In this document: positions 28,000-37,825 of the stretch, in pieces | Position numbering within the stretch: the stretch's first letter is position 1 | Layout: every line of letters begins with the position of its first letter | IMG/VR virus record: IMGVR_UViG_3300044878_000087 | Coordinates: 66,432-130,431 of that record | Origin: a virus | Lineage: Duplodnaviria; Heunggongvirae; Uroviricota; Caudoviricetes | Strand: one strand, 5' to 3' | DNA: 64,000 bases | Program-made: the position numbers and the translations under genes | Notes under the pieces: model-generated | Told to the model about the DNA's origin: nothing | What the model saw: the letters and a program-made list of their open reading frames with translations, nothing else | The model's database searches: none

Positions 28000-28770
28000 T
28001 TAATTCGAGTAATGGAAGTTTTGAACAACCACTTGTACAGCATGGCCACCTAGTGATTTCACCAGATGTCCTGTGTATTCTCGTTTCCAACCTTCTTGCG
28101 ATTCGGACTGAGTCATGGAAGTGACTCGCGCTAATCCGAAACCATCAACATGTTTCAGCCATGGGGTTTCCATTGGTTCGCCCCACCATACCTTACCTTC
28201 AATTGCAGATACGGTAACGGTACGAGCTGGACGACCATCGAACTCAGCGGCACTCACATAGGTCAACATACCTTCTTCGTAACCTGGGGTATAGTAGATA
28301 CCTTCCAGATGACGACTATGTTGTTTGTTCCAGATTACAGCTGCACCATCGGGCATGTAATCAGTTGGGGAATATACCACCAACAAACTACTACCGGTCC
28401 ATCCATTACCAGAAGCTTTGTAGTATTCACAACGAACCATATCGCCTTGTGAATGCGCATGCCACATAACGGATGATTTCACATAACCTGCACCACGTAG
28501 CAGTTTATCGATTTCGATGCAAGCTGCTTTACGTTCAACGTAACGATCACCTTTCAGATCATCACGATTCTGGAAACCATCAAAGATCAATGCTGGAGCT
28601 ACGGTATCAATATGTCCACGAGACGACATCTCGATATTGTATTCCAACGCAAAGAAGGAAACGTTTTCACGGGCATCACACATACCGAACATTTGGTTAC
28701 GGTAGATGGAAGTAATCTCGTTGGTGTCAGGTATGGTTCTCAATAGAGAACGTAGGTCACTCAGTTGCAT
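28000..28770 (-). CDS. hypothetical protein
   Basis: Start moved to MQLSDLR at 28770. Confidence 0.7.
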   Translation of the reverse strand: MQLSDLRSLLRTIPDTNEITSIYRNQMFGMCDARENVSFFALEYNIEMSSRGHIDTVAPALIFDGFQNRDDLKGDRYVERKAACIEIDKLLRGAGYVKSSVMWHAHSQGDMVRCEYYKASGNGWTGSSLLVVYSPTDYMPDGAAVIWNKQHSRHLEGIYYTPGYEEGMLTYVSAAEFDGRPARTVTVSAIEGKVWWGEPMETPWLKHVDGFGLARVTSMTQSESQEGWKREYTGHLVKSLGGHAVQVVVQNFHYSN

Positions 28771-28906
28771 CTTGTACTTCCTGTTTTGGTTCGGTGATGA
28801 CGAATGCGGAACGGTCACCAGAGTGTGACACGAGTAGCACCAAGTTGTAGTTGTTATCGATAGCCCACTGCATCGAATCGTTGCTGTAACCGATTTGCTT
28901 TGCCAC
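28757..28906 (-). CDS. 49-aa hypothetical peptide
   Basis: Hand-translated, GTG start with SD AAGAGG: MAKQIGYSNDSMQWAIDNNYNLVLLVSHSGDRSAFVITEPKQEVQDATE; overlaps the next start. Confidence 0.55.
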   Translation of the reverse strand: MAKQIGYSNDSMQWAIDNNYNLVLLVSHSGDRSAFVITEPKQEVQDATE

Positions 28907-28924
28907 TTGAATTACCTCTTAATT

Positions 28925-29002
28925 GATTTAGGGGGGGGGGTACTAAATAATAATGAAATAGTATATGGGACCCCCCCAAAGGGTCCCCCCCACATACTAT
29001 TA
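28925..29002. repeat. G10/C7/C7 homopolymer and inverted-repeat element
   Basis: ATTTAG-G9-TACTAAAT, GGGACCC..GGGTCCC and ATAGTATATGGG / CCCACATACTAT in an AT-rich intergenic stretch. Confidence 0.8.
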
Positions 29003-29045
29003 CTATTTATATACATTTTCTTTTAAGAAAAAGCTTTTAAATAGT

Positions 29046-29249
29046 TTATCTACTTCTGTCGAAGGACTTCTTCTTTTCAACAGGACTACTGAGGCGGCGG
29101 CGGCCGACTTCTTCGAGTGCTATTGAACGCATGGCACCTAGGATGGCACCACGCACTTGTTCTGTTTTGATAGGGCATGCTGCAATCTCTGCAACCTTTG
29201 CTTCCAGGTCAATGATGATATCACCGCCCCGTAGTAATCCTAAACTCAT
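29046..29249 (-). CDS. small hypothetical protein
   Basis: 67-aa ORF, ATGA-coupled. Confidence 0.55.
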   Translation of the reverse strand: MSLGLLRGGDIIIDLEAKVAEIAACPIKTEQVRGAILGAMRSIALEEVGRRRLSSPVEKKKSFDRSR

Positions 29250-29449
29250 TTACCCCAACCCCAATTTCTTACTGCGGCGCGATGCGCCTTTTGTGCCGCT
29301 ACATGCCGACGCGCTTTCTGAATCCAGATCTTCGGATTAGCTGTGCGCATGCATGCTACCACGTATTCATCTACTTTTGCTTCTTTAGCCAGGATCTTCA
29401 TCGCATTGATTAGATACATGCGCCTGGCTTTGGTGATCTTGTTTGGCAA
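29246..29449 (-). CDS. small basic hypothetical protein
   Basis: 67-aa ORF; start may be the internal ATG at 29419. Confidence 0.55.
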   Translation of the reverse strand: MPNKITKARRMYLINAMKILAKEAKVDEYVVACMRTANPKIWIQKARRHVAAQKAHRAAVRNWGWGK

Positions 29450-29871
29450 TGCAATGCTTCCTGTGTAGCCATTACGAATCGAGTAGCTTCTACTAAAGCT
29501 GCTTTATCTGCAGGGGTGTATTCATTAGGTCGTTTGATTCGGATGGGTGTGATCTCAGCCTCATCCCATCTCAATGCACCCAACCGATCCATGTACTCAG
29601 AGAACTTTTTATTGTTCTCTCGTTCTTCTTCAGTGAGTGGTCGAGGAATATCCGATAACAAACCTCCAGGTAATAACGCAGCCTGTAGGATAGGATGATC
29701 AGCATGGTTGGCCATCCATTGTTCATAGAACGCTAACGGTTGAACCGGTGTACCGAAGAGTGAATCTGCTTCCCATTGCCATGTCAGATTAGCAATGAGT
29801 TGTCTACCCAGCATGATGCCACGGTAAAGGTTTCTGAGATAGCGAACCTTCCCTTTAGAAACCCTTGCCAT
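29410..29871 (-). CDS. hypothetical protein
   Basis: Start moved to MARVSK. Confidence 0.65.
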   Translation of the reverse strand: MARVSKGKVRYLRNLYRGIMLGRQLIANLTWQWEADSLFGTPVQPLAFYEQWMANHADHPILQAALLPGGLLSDIPRPLTEEERENNKKFSEYMDRLGALRWDEAEITPIRIKRPNEYTPADKAALVEATRFVMATQEALHCQTRSPKPGACI

Positions 29872-30334
29872 AACGACCCCGTTCTGCACGTATTTGTGCC
29901 CGAGTTTCTTCACGGCTCATCTCACCCAGTATCTCAGGTGTAGCGAAAGCGATCTTCTGTGCCAGAGCTAGTCCTGCCGAACGCATAACTGAACGACCAA
30001 CCGCAGTTTGCCCTGCCCCGATTACCACGATTTCATTTTCACGCTTGGGACGCTGTGTACGACCGACTTGTTGGACTTCTTTGATGGCATCTGACTGAGG
30101 AGCCGGAGTAATCGATATTGAATCAATGGCCCGTAATGCATCTTTGGTATCTGGATGAATGCTGTCGATGGTCTCGTAAAGTTCCGGACAAGCACCATCC
30201 AGTGACTTATCGCGGAAGACATGCTTCGGAACGTTAGCCCATTCAGGCAATCCGTTTTGTTCGCGCCACCGCTTAGCGATGTACATCTCGTTGTGGTGCT
30301 TGGCTTCTTCCCGCTTGAATGCACTGTTACTCAT
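29855..30334 (-). CDS. hypothetical protein
   Basis: 159-aa ORF, coupled. Confidence 0.65.
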   Translation of the reverse strand: MSNSAFKREEAKHHNEMYIAKRWREQNGLPEWANVPKHVFRDKSLDGACPELYETIDSIHPDTKDALRAIDSISITPAPQSDAIKEVQQVGRTQRPKRENEIVVIGAGQTAVGRSVMRSAGLALAQKIAFATPEILGEMSREETRAQIRAERGRYGKGF

Positions 30335-31065
30335 TTGAAGTCCTTGTAAATGGAGAGAACGTATTCGGATGCTTTCAACGTATCCCGATCGATTTCTTTG
30401 CAGAGGTTGAACTGGAGCTGCACGGCGTTATCGGCATCACCAATAACCACGAACAACTTAGAACCGGCCTCTACCTTTTTAGCGAAGGCAGACAACTGTG
30501 GCTCAACACCATAGATCTCTTTCCAGGTGTCCAGATACGTTGCAATCTGTTTTTCCACATGAGGCATGATGATGGTTGGAACGTAAGGTTCCAAAGCGAG
30601 CTTGATATACTCCAAGCTGTAAGGCTTACCAGTGTCTTCATTACCAGCACGCCATTTCGGTTCGCTGTACACCATCACCGATTGAGCATTGAAGATAACC
30701 ACGTGTGCTTCATCAAACCGACGATTGCAACCTAGTACTTGATAAGCATTCATTACCATCAAGTTAGCTTCATTAATTGTAGAATGCATGTTATGGGCAT
30801 CCTTACGCAAAGACTTGGCTAGCTTATCGTGCACCAAGGCTCTGTTGAATTCTTCACCTTTACGAAGGTAGATACTGGCGATGCTTTTGTGTGAGACTTC
30901 GATATCGATAATCTCACCACCGCCCAATAATGCTGGACGAGGATTGTGGTAAATCCATGGCTGTACTTCTTCGCCCTTAGACATGCTAAGAAGTTCGATC
31001 ATCCGATCTGTAACCCCACGGGATTTCAAATCGGTAAAATTGATTAGCTGCGCTGCGTCCGTCAT
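30331..31065 (-). CDS. hypothetical early protein
   Basis: 244-aa ORF directly downstream of a TATATTAC promoter. Confidence 0.75.
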   Translation of the reverse strand: MTDAAQLINFTDLKSRGVTDRMIELLSMSKGEEVQPWIYHNPRPALLGGGEIIDIEVSHKSIASIYLRKGEEFNRALVHDKLAKSLRKDAHNMHSTINEANLMVMNAYQVLGCNRRFDEAHVVIFNAQSVMVYSEPKWRAGNEDTGKPYSLEYIKLALEPYVPTIIMPHVEKQIATYLDTWKEIYGVEPQLSAFAKKVEAGSKLFVVIGDADNAVQLQFNLCKEIDRDTLKASEYVLSIYKDFK

Positions 31066-31100
31066 GGCTGTTCCTTTTTTACGGGTGTAAGTTCAGGATA

Positions 31101-31120
31101 GTAATATAGATTTGAAATTT
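31101..31120 (-). promoter_or_regulatory. early-type promoter
   Basis: AAATTTCAAATCTATATTAC. Confidence 0.7.
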
Positions 31121-31137
31121 CTTGGAAACGGCATAAA

Positions 31138-31155
31138 GCCTACCCGAAGGTAGGC
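31138..31155 (-). terminator. UUCG terminator with TTTATGCCG tail
   Basis: GCCTACC TTCG GGTAGGC TTTATGCCG. Confidence 0.8.
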
Positions 31156-31160
31156 TCATG

Positions 31161-31589
31161 TTATTCTGGTAAAGCGATCGATGGTGGGTAGACCGCGTAT
31201 TTACCTTGCGGTGGATATACTGGCACCCATTTTGGATCAGGATCTACCCCAGTTGGAGCAGGAGCTGCCGGACCAGTGTAGGCTTGCATCTTGGAAAGGT
31301 CTATGAGGGCCTTAGCAGACGTTTCGATGTAAGTTAGCAGCGTTGGTATGTTAGTAACCTTGTTGCCACCCCAGCCACGCTTCTGGACAGTCAGGAACAA
31401 TTTAGAACAACTAATCTGTCCGGAGTATTCTTGCTCTGTTTGAGCGATGTTTACTCGCAGACCTTCAGGTGGTGTTACCAGGTCAGAAGTCAGGAACAAA
31501 CGACGTACTACTTCTTGAGCGTAAGTCTTTGGGCACTTCAGTTTGGTAGCAATAGCGGTCAGGGTTGTTTCAATAGTGATCATAGTCAC
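31161..31589 (-). CDS. hypothetical protein with Pro-rich C-terminus
   Basis: 142-aa ORF. Confidence 0.65.
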   Translation of the reverse strand: MTMITIETTLTAIATKLKCPKTYAQEVVRRLFLTSDLVTPPEGLRVNIAQTEQEYSGQISCSKLFLTVQKRGWGGNKVTNIPTLLTYIETSAKALIDLSKMQAYTGPAAPAPTGVDPDPKWVPVYPPQGKYAVYPPSIALPE

Positions 31590-32353
31590 CTCGTAAAGAT
31601 TTCGTGGTATTGATCAAGCTCTGCATCCAACAGTGCAACTTCTTGCAGAGTCAAACGGATCTTGGTTTGAGTGTCGCTATTCCGATAAGCATAACCTTCC
31701 AGAACAATGTTGCGGTAATCCTTAACGATGGTCCGGTCTACTTTATCGAACACTACACCGAGTTTGATCAAACGCTTTACCAATCGAGCAATAGCACGAC
31801 CAGCTTCACCAGGAATGTTCCCGATGTAATCCCAGATGTCAGTACGTGGTTCACCTGGCAACACAGCTTCACCTGATACACCGAGGAAGTCCAGTTGGAA
31901 AGGAACTACCCCAACTTCACCAACAATAGGGCGCCAAACACGATAACCGAGATCAGTTTCTTCCAGTCGGTAATGGGACTGTGGATAATCTTCTTGCAAG
32001 GCTTCTAGGTGATCGTCTAGTGCACGTCGTACACCGTCGTTGTACCGTAGGGCTGATTCATTGTAGTCACGCTCAAACGCGTGCTCAGGGCTTTCTTTGG
32101 TAAACTCTTTTCGAACAGACCATTCGTAACGTTCGCCATTAGCTTTATCGAAAATGGTGAAGTAATAAGTCATTGCATCGGAAAGTTGGAATTGCACATC
32201 GAAGCGACTAATGTCACAGCGTGGCCACTGACTCCGCAACCGACGCAATGCGTCAATACGGTTCAGCATATTTTGATAGATGTCACATGGATCACCGTAC
32301 ACACTCAAATCGATAGTCGTATTGGGTGCAGGCTTTTCACAACGCTTGTACAT
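31586..32353 (-). CDS. hypothetical protein
   Basis: 255-aa ORF with upstream GGAG. Confidence 0.7.
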   Translation of the reverse strand: MYKRCEKPAPNTTIDLSVYGDPCDIYQNMLNRIDALRRLRSQWPRCDISRFDVQFQLSDAMTYYFTIFDKANGERYEWSVRKEFTKESPEHAFERDYNESALRYNDGVRRALDDHLEALQEDYPQSHYRLEETDLGYRVWRPIVGEVGVVPFQLDFLGVSGEAVLPGEPRTDIWDYIGNIPGEAGRAIARLVKRLIKLGVVFDKVDRTIVKDYRNIVLEGYAYRNSDTQTKIRLTLQEVALLDAELDQYHEIFTR

Positions 32354-32407
32354 TGCGTCAGCTCCGTATTGGTTAACTACAGAGGATAAAAGAAAAACGG
32401 CATAGAC

Positions 32408-32425
32408 GGGGACCCGAAGGTCCCC
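32408..32425 (-). terminator. UUCG terminator
   Basis: GGGGACC TTCG GGTCCCC GTCTATGCCG. Confidence 0.75.
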
Positions 32426-32431
32426 GAATAT

Positions 32432-33328
32432 TTAGACTGCGAAGTCCAACGAGTAGAACTTGCGAGTCTTCGAGTTGGCCATATAGACCTGAACCGAAGG
32501 CTGGCTACGATATTCGCTGTGCGATGCAGTAACTTGGTAGATGTGTACTTCACCATCCAGAGTCGACAACTGTTTCAGGATCTCTGTCAGAACAGCACCT
32601 GTCAGTTCACGACGTGCTTCCGATACGAAGCCAGTAACCTGAGCAACGTCCAGACGATCAACCGTGATGGTTTCGTTCTCATCGAAGTTGCGAGCCATGA
32701 TACCGGTGAAGCGTTCCCACTTGCCATCACGCAGAACAGTCAGACCAGTGTTGGAGTAACCACGATCAGATTCGCCCAACAGAACGTTAGCGAAGTTGCG
32801 ACCCAGCATGTACTTGACTGGGAGTTCCAGTTTCAGTTTTGCATTGGCGTCATCGATCGGCTTGGAATCCAGACGAACTGTTACCATGCCATTAGTCATG
32901 GAGACGGTGATGTGTGGATCTTCTGCAGCTTCGATAGCGAGATCGAAGGACAGTGGGTGGAAGCAATTACCAGCCAGCTTCTCAACGATAGCACCGAAGG
33001 CACCAGCAAGCTTACGGCTTTCTTCAGTTTGCGATACAGCCAGAGCAGTAACCAGAATACCACGAAGGCGATCGATGGTCAGTTCTTCTTGCTTGTCACG
33101 ATTATCGCGACCCAGAAGACCGAAGCCCATAGCACTACGATTACCACCTTGGTAGATTTCGATAGCACCACGGACGATACCGTATTGGGTGGTGATCTTG
33201 TTGGTGAGGCGACCATCACGGTCATAGCCTTCAGACTCGTTCCAACCGGTGAGGGTCAGCCCGGTTTCGCCGTCCAGTACCAGGCCAGCGTCGATTAGTT
33301 GTTTCAGAGCATCGGTGTTATTGCACAT
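32432..33328 (-). CDS. hypothetical protein
   Basis: 298-aa ORF with highly-expressed-type codon usage; upstream GAGGAA and TAGTATG. Confidence 0.8.
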   Translation of the reverse strand: MCNNTDALKQLIDAGLVLDGETGLTLTGWNESEGYDRDGRLTNKITTQYGIVRGAIEIYQGGNRSAMGFGLLGRDNRDKQEELTIDRLRGILVTALAVSQTEESRKLAGAFGAIVEKLAGNCFHPLSFDLAIEAAEDPHITVSMTNGMVTVRLDSKPIDDANAKLKLELPVKYMLGRNFANVLLGESDRGYSNTGLTVLRDGKWERFTGIMARNFDENETITVDRLDVAQVTGFVSEARRELTGAVLTEILKQLSTLDGEVHIYQVTASHSEYRSQPSVQVYMANSKTRKFYSLDFAV

Positions 33329-33388
33329 CGGAAAACGTTCCTCGTTATAGGGGTGTAATGCATTACATACTAGATGCGGCCTAGTACT

Positions 33389-33712
33389 TTATCCTTGTTG
33401 CGGTTCGGTGGGGTCAACCATTATTTTTTTAACTGGTACATTACCACGTGCCAGCAGTGCTATCATTTTATCAGAAATGCAAGAGTGATCAGGTTCAGCA
33501 ACTTTCATTGCCGGAACATGTAGTGGACCAATCCGGTGATTGTAGATATTCAAAACATCCATATCACTTGGATTAGAGGCATATGGGCGTTCGTAGTGAT
33601 GTGGTACTGCACCTACCACAATAATCTTGCTTGGATCTAAATCATGCAGCCTTGCTTTAACTTTTAAAGCGTGTTCATCATCACCAACAATTGCAACGGT
33701 AATTGGGTTCAT
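33389..33712 (-). CDS. hypothetical early protein
   Basis: Start moved to MNPITV (upstream AGGA); follows an early-type promoter. Confidence 0.6.
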   Translation of the reverse strand: MNPITVAIVGDDEHALKVKARLHDLDPSKIIVVGAVPHHYERPYASNPSDMDVLNIYNHRIGPLHVPAMKVAEPDHSCISDKMIALLARGNVPVKKIMVDPTEPQQG

Positions 33713-33739
33713 GCCAAATTCCTGAATAAGTGCAAACAA

Positions 33740-33760
33740 GTAATATAGATCTGAGATTCA
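33740..33760 (-). promoter_or_regulatory. early-type promoter
   Basis: TGAATCTCAGATCTATATTAC. Confidence 0.7.
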
Positions 33761-33797
33761 TTGCAGTCCAATCATTTGAATTTAGGAGACCGCATTC

Positions 33798-35045
33798 ATG
33801 CATGAAACAACCACTATCGTCGATTTGCTAGAAAAGCATTTTGCTGACGTAAAACTCGACCGCGCTTTTTGTATGCGGGTCATCAACTTCGTTACACGCT
33901 TCATGAACAAAAACGCAGACCACTCAGCTTTCTTTGGTGGTGCGTTGTTAGGGGTTAACCCAATCCGTTGGCATCCATCTGACCGTGAGCAATGGTACGA
34001 TGAAGTCCTGACAGTAAACGATGACTTACTGCAGTATGATTTCCTCAAGCTAGACGTAATCGATCCTTCACACAACGTGAACTCGGATTCGTTTAACCAC
34101 ATCCCAGCTTTCCTTTGCCGTAAGTTAATGGAGAACACACAGCTCCCAGGTAACTTGCGTGATGAAACAATGATTGCATTGTTTACCTTACTGCACATCA
34201 AATACCTGACCTCGCTGTTATCCCGTCGTTTTCAATACCCAGCTAAGCGTGAAGTGGCGGAAGCTACTTTCATGTCTCTCAACTACAAGTGGGACATTCG
34301 TCGACTGGGGTCATGGCACGCACTGATTCGAGATCGCTGCTTATCGATCATCGGTCCTGAAACCAACTACACGGATCACATCTTTGGTCCTAAGAATTCT
34401 CTGACGGATTATTGGTCTACTCGGATTGTAACGGATACACAGTCCCGTATTCGAGAAGTGATCAACAAGATCTACGCTGTGTATATCCAAGTGTTGAAAG
34501 AAGGTGGGCGAGTAATCACTACATCTGAGATGGGACTGTCTACTGATGGTGATGCATTCCTCAAAGACAAGACTACAGGCTTTGCTACTTACCTCCGCTA
34601 CGGCAAGGAAGTAGTAATCAACGAAGCTAACTTCATTCGTCCTGAACTGTTGGGTATTATCGAACGAGCAATGGTTGACTCCATGCCAGCTGATCCATTC
34701 GAGAACACCCTCAAGTACATCTGCCGAAACGTAGCCCAACCTCGTATGGGTCACATCGACAAGATGTTTGAAGAATGCTTGCTGTACGTATTTGATCAAA
34801 TGCAATCTGAGCGTACCCAGATCCAAAGATCGAACGACCTAGAAGGATTGATTCTGAAGATCCGTTCTAAGTTGATGGCTTCTCGTTCGAGTGACCCTCG
34901 CGTGTTGTACCTGCGTGAAGTCGGCGAGAAGATTGTAGCAGATGCTACAGGTGTCCGTAACAAAGCAGTATTGGCTGCAACTCGTACAGGTGTAATGCTT
35001 TACATTACTCTGCGTGTGCTAACCAAGAACCACTACGCTCGATAA
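33798..35045 (+). CDS. conserved jumbo-phage protein, probably virion structural (position of phiKZ gp32)
   Basis: 415 aa, SD AGGAG, helical; near the tail genes. Confidence 0.75.
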   Translation: MHETTTIVDLLEKHFADVKLDRAFCMRVINFVTRFMNKNADHSAFFGGALLGVNPIRWHPSDREQWYDEVLTVNDDLLQYDFLKLDVIDPSHNVNSDSFNHIPAFLCRKLMENTQLPGNLRDETMIALFTLLHIKYLTSLLSRRFQYPAKREVAEATFMSLNYKWDIRRLGSWHALIRDRCLSIIGPETNYTDHIFGPKNSLTDYWSTRIVTDTQSRIREVINKIYAVYIQVLKEGGRVITTSEMGLSTDGDAFLKDKTTGFATYLRYGKEVVINEANFIRPELLGIIERAMVDSMPADPFENTLKYICRNVAQPRMGHIDKMFEECLLYVFDQMQSERTQIQRSNDLEGLILKIRSKLMASRSSDPRVLYLREVGEKIVADATGVRNKAVLAATRTGVMLYITLRVLTKNHYAR

Positions 35046-35062
35046 AAAAAGAATGTCATAGC

Positions 35063-35082
35063 GGCTACCCCGAAGGGTAGCC
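35063..35082. terminator. bidirectional UUCG terminator
   Basis: GGCTACCCCGAAGGGTAGCC between convergent genes. Confidence 0.85.
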
Positions 35083-35091
35083 ATTATGTCG

Positions 35092-35433
35092 TTAGAGATC
35101 TTGTACCACAGGAGCACCCAGATCGGCAGCAACACCGGCCATGAGGCTTTGGACGTATGGCTTGTATTCGTTGAACTGTTTAACCGTCAACTGCAACTTA
35201 GCCAATGCAGCGTCATCATAGACGACTGCGTAACCAGCACCATCCATGATCACAGCATGGTCTGCTTTAGTTACCGCATCCCAACATGCGCCAGCATCAC
35301 ACTGAATCAGTGTAGCCGTCATGAAGAGTTCTTTCAAGACATCTGGATTGATGTCTGGATGTTTAACTTCTTCAGCTTGTGCAACGGAACCAAAAGCGAG
35401 TACAGCTGTCAGTGCGAGGCTAGCGAATTTCAT
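35092..35433 (-). CDS. secreted/periplasmic protein
   Basis: Signal peptide MKFASLALTAVLAFGSVAQA with an A-Q-A cleavage site. Confidence 0.75.
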   Translation of the reverse strand: MKFASLALTAVLAFGSVAQAEEVKHPDINPDVLKELFMTATLIQCDAGACWDAVTKADHAVIMDGAGYAVVYDDAALAKLQLTVKQFNEYKPYVQSLMAGVAADLGAPVVQDL

Positions 35434-35437
35434 GGGA

Positions 35438-36640
35438 TTAGTCCTTTAGTGGTTTAGTGATTGCAACGAATTCTTCAAAGTCTCCGCGGAACCCGCGATC
35501 TTTGATTGATTGGAATGAAGCGAGGTAAGCACCTACATGTTCACGAGGAATGCCCATTTTCATGACGGCAGCTTCTTCGAAGAACTCTACAACTTGATCA
35601 TGCAGGTATTTGCCGTATGTCCCCATTGCATTAGTGATATCCGATTGGATAGCTTTCATCCATTCGAAATTCTCACGTAGTGCATCCAGCATTGGTGCGG
35701 CCATGTCAGGGTAACGTTGACCAGGGAACAATTCGATTGTGCCGATAGTACGTCCACCGCGAGCAGCTTCTAATACCAGACGGTCATCGTACACGAAGAC
35801 CTTGGTACCTGACGCAGCAACGTGTACATATTCCTTACGGAAACGGTTAACATCAAAACGTGCAGCTTGGGTCAGAGTACCAGCAGCCAACTTCAGAAGT
35901 TGATCGCGTGTCTTGAGTGCATCGGTCATCAGCTTAGCCAGATCGCTCCGGACTTGCTTGAATGCTTCACGAATGCCGAGGACATGTGGACGAAGCTTCT
36001 CGACTACAGACTTGACGTTCTCGTTGATATTGGTGCCGGTAATATAACCCACACCAAAGTGTACGAATTTTGGCGTTGCATGGATAACCATAAATCCATG
36101 GTCATCATAGACTGCTATGCCATCACTACGACGCACTAGCGAGAATTTGACATGGTTGTACATCCGCTTGGTACTGAGGCCAGCAGTCGCTTCCAGGAGA
36201 CCATAGAAGTCACGAGCGATCTTGCGTGTATCGGTAGTAATCATCGTTTCGAAGACGTACTGTGCGGAACCAGCTTGTTCTTGATAGATCTGATCGAGGA
36301 TTGCCCCGATAGACCAACCGAGTGTTTGACCATTGCGTTTACTGGAACTATAGATCTCGTCGAACTTCTCCCAATCGATTCGAATGATCTTGCTCTTCGG
36401 ATCAAAGCTGAATACGGATTCGCCTTTGTAACGCAGATGCATCTGGAAGTCACGATCTGCTTCGAACTCGCAAACCAGATCAGCAATCGTAGTTTCAACT
36501 GCTCCCTGTGAGTAGATACGTGCGCGGTAAAGTTGCCAGATCATCGTACGCAGAATGTAGAGTTCATCTTGACTGAGTTGCTGGGTGAACATAACGCTTT
36601 TGTTGATTTGCATACAGCTACCATGTTGTGGGTTTATCAC
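35438..36640 (-). CDS. hypothetical protein
   Basis: 400-aa ORF; exact start uncertain. Confidence 0.75.
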   Translation of the reverse strand: MINPQHGSCMQINKSVMFTQQLSQDELYILRTMIWQLYRARIYSQGAVETTIADLVCEFEADRDFQMHLRYKGESVFSFDPKSKIIRIDWEKFDEIYSSSKRNGQTLGWSIGAILDQIYQEQAGSAQYVFETMITTDTRKIARDFYGLLEATAGLSTKRMYNHVKFSLVRRSDGIAVYDDHGFMVIHATPKFVHFGVGYITGTNINENVKSVVEKLRPHVLGIREAFKQVRSDLAKLMTDALKTRDQLLKLAAGTLTQAARFDVNRFRKEYVHVAASGTKVFVYDDRLVLEAARGGRTIGTIELFPGQRYPDMAAPMLDALRENFEWMKAIQSDITNAMGTYGKYLHDQVVEFFEEAAVMKMGIPREHVGAYLASFQSIKDRGFRGDFEEFVAITKPLKD

Positions 36641-36716
36641 AGTTGTAATGTAGACCCGTAATTCTTTTCAATGTAAGACGGCATAAAGCCGACCCCGAAG
36701 GATCGACCCATACCTG

Positions 36717-36908
36717 CTACGCCTTGGGAGCGGTTGTAGCTGTTTGACCTTTAGCTTCGCGACGCATCGCAGCGGCGGCTGCTAGATCATCCGCAAAGCC
36801 AAAGCCAGCATTCGCTTCGTCTACACCGATGAACGATGAGAACGGTTTCTTTTCAGCTTGTGCTTTCTGTCCCGTAGGAGTAGAAAGCGGTACGGAGCTA
36901 GTAGCCAT
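36717..36908 (-). CDS. small Ala-rich protein co-transcribed with the tail tube gene
   Basis: 63 aa, upstream AAGGA, starts 10 nt after the tube stop. Confidence 0.6.
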   Translation of the reverse strand: MATSSVPLSTPTGQKAQAEKKPFSSFIGVDEANAGFGFADDLAAAAAMRREAKGQTATTAPKA

Positions 36909-36918
36909 CGCTTATTCC

Positions 36919-37788
36919 TTAGGCAATACCGATACGGTTATTAGCACCTTCAGCAAGCTGATCAGTGATACCGTTACGTTGACCTTGGACGTCTGCACTG
37001 ATGCGATCAGTCCAGTTCTGCATGTCGTTAGGGTTCAGACCACTGAGGTCCATCGACTGCAGAATCTCACGAGCGTACATCTTAACGCCAGCGGAGGTAT
37101 CAGTCAGTGCGGTGAATTCGATAGTCAGTTCCAGGTTCTGACCGATCTGCGAAACGTCTTTGCGGTTCGACCAATCACCAGTAGTGGTTGGCTGCATGTT
37201 GGTGCACAGGTAGGCAGATACAACATCTTGCATCGTTGGGTCTGGCTCGATGAACAGTACAGTGCAACCTGCGAAGGTTTGGTTGTAATGCTCAGGACGA
37301 ACCATGCCATCAGAAACGATCAGAGGAACTTTGGTGTTCGGATCACCCAGGCCATACAGAATCCACCATTCCAGGAAGTGCTGGATGGTACGACCTTGCA
37401 GTTCCCACGCGCCCAACGAAGGACGGGAGGTAGCACGGGTAACGTTCGAAACCGCAGAGATTACTTCACCAGCACCACCGACAGGAGCATCGGCGAATTC
37501 AGCAGTAACAGTACGGTTCAGACCGTCGATGGTCCGACAGTGTTTCTCGATCAAAGCTTTCAGAGAAGCGATCAATTGGTTTTGGTTGGCCGCATACCGG
37601 AAGAAGCGTGGAGCCTCCAACAGAATTGCGATCAGGTTACGAGACACGTACGGGGTGTTCGAAGCCAGGTTAGCCAAGTCCGGGGCCAGGACGAAAGTAC
37701 CGGCTTGCGCCAGGTTCATCATGTTCTCAGAAGCGTTGGCACCATAGCCCGAGCGCGGAGCGTACGGGTTGGAATAGCGCTTTGTCAT
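36919..37788 (-). CDS. tail tube protein (phiKZ gp30-like)
   Basis: 289 aa directly downstream of the sheath; beta-rich; SD GAGG; size matches phiKZ-type tube proteins. Confidence 0.8.
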   Translation of the reverse strand: MTKRYSNPYAPRSGYGANASENMMNLAQAGTFVLAPDLANLASNTPYVSRNLIAILLEAPRFFRYAANQNQLIASLKALIEKHCRTIDGLNRTVTAEFADAPVGGAGEVISAVSNVTRATSRPSLGAWELQGRTIQHFLEWWILYGLGDPNTKVPLIVSDGMVRPEHYNQTFAGCTVLFIEPDPTMQDVVSAYLCTNMQPTTTGDWSNRKDVSQIGQNLELTIEFTALTDTSAGVKMYAREILQSMDLSGLNPNDMQNWTDRISADVQGQRNGITDQLAEGANNRIGIA

Positions 37789-37825
37789 TTCGTGGACCTC
37801 TTGCTAATGTGAGACAACCTGAGGC

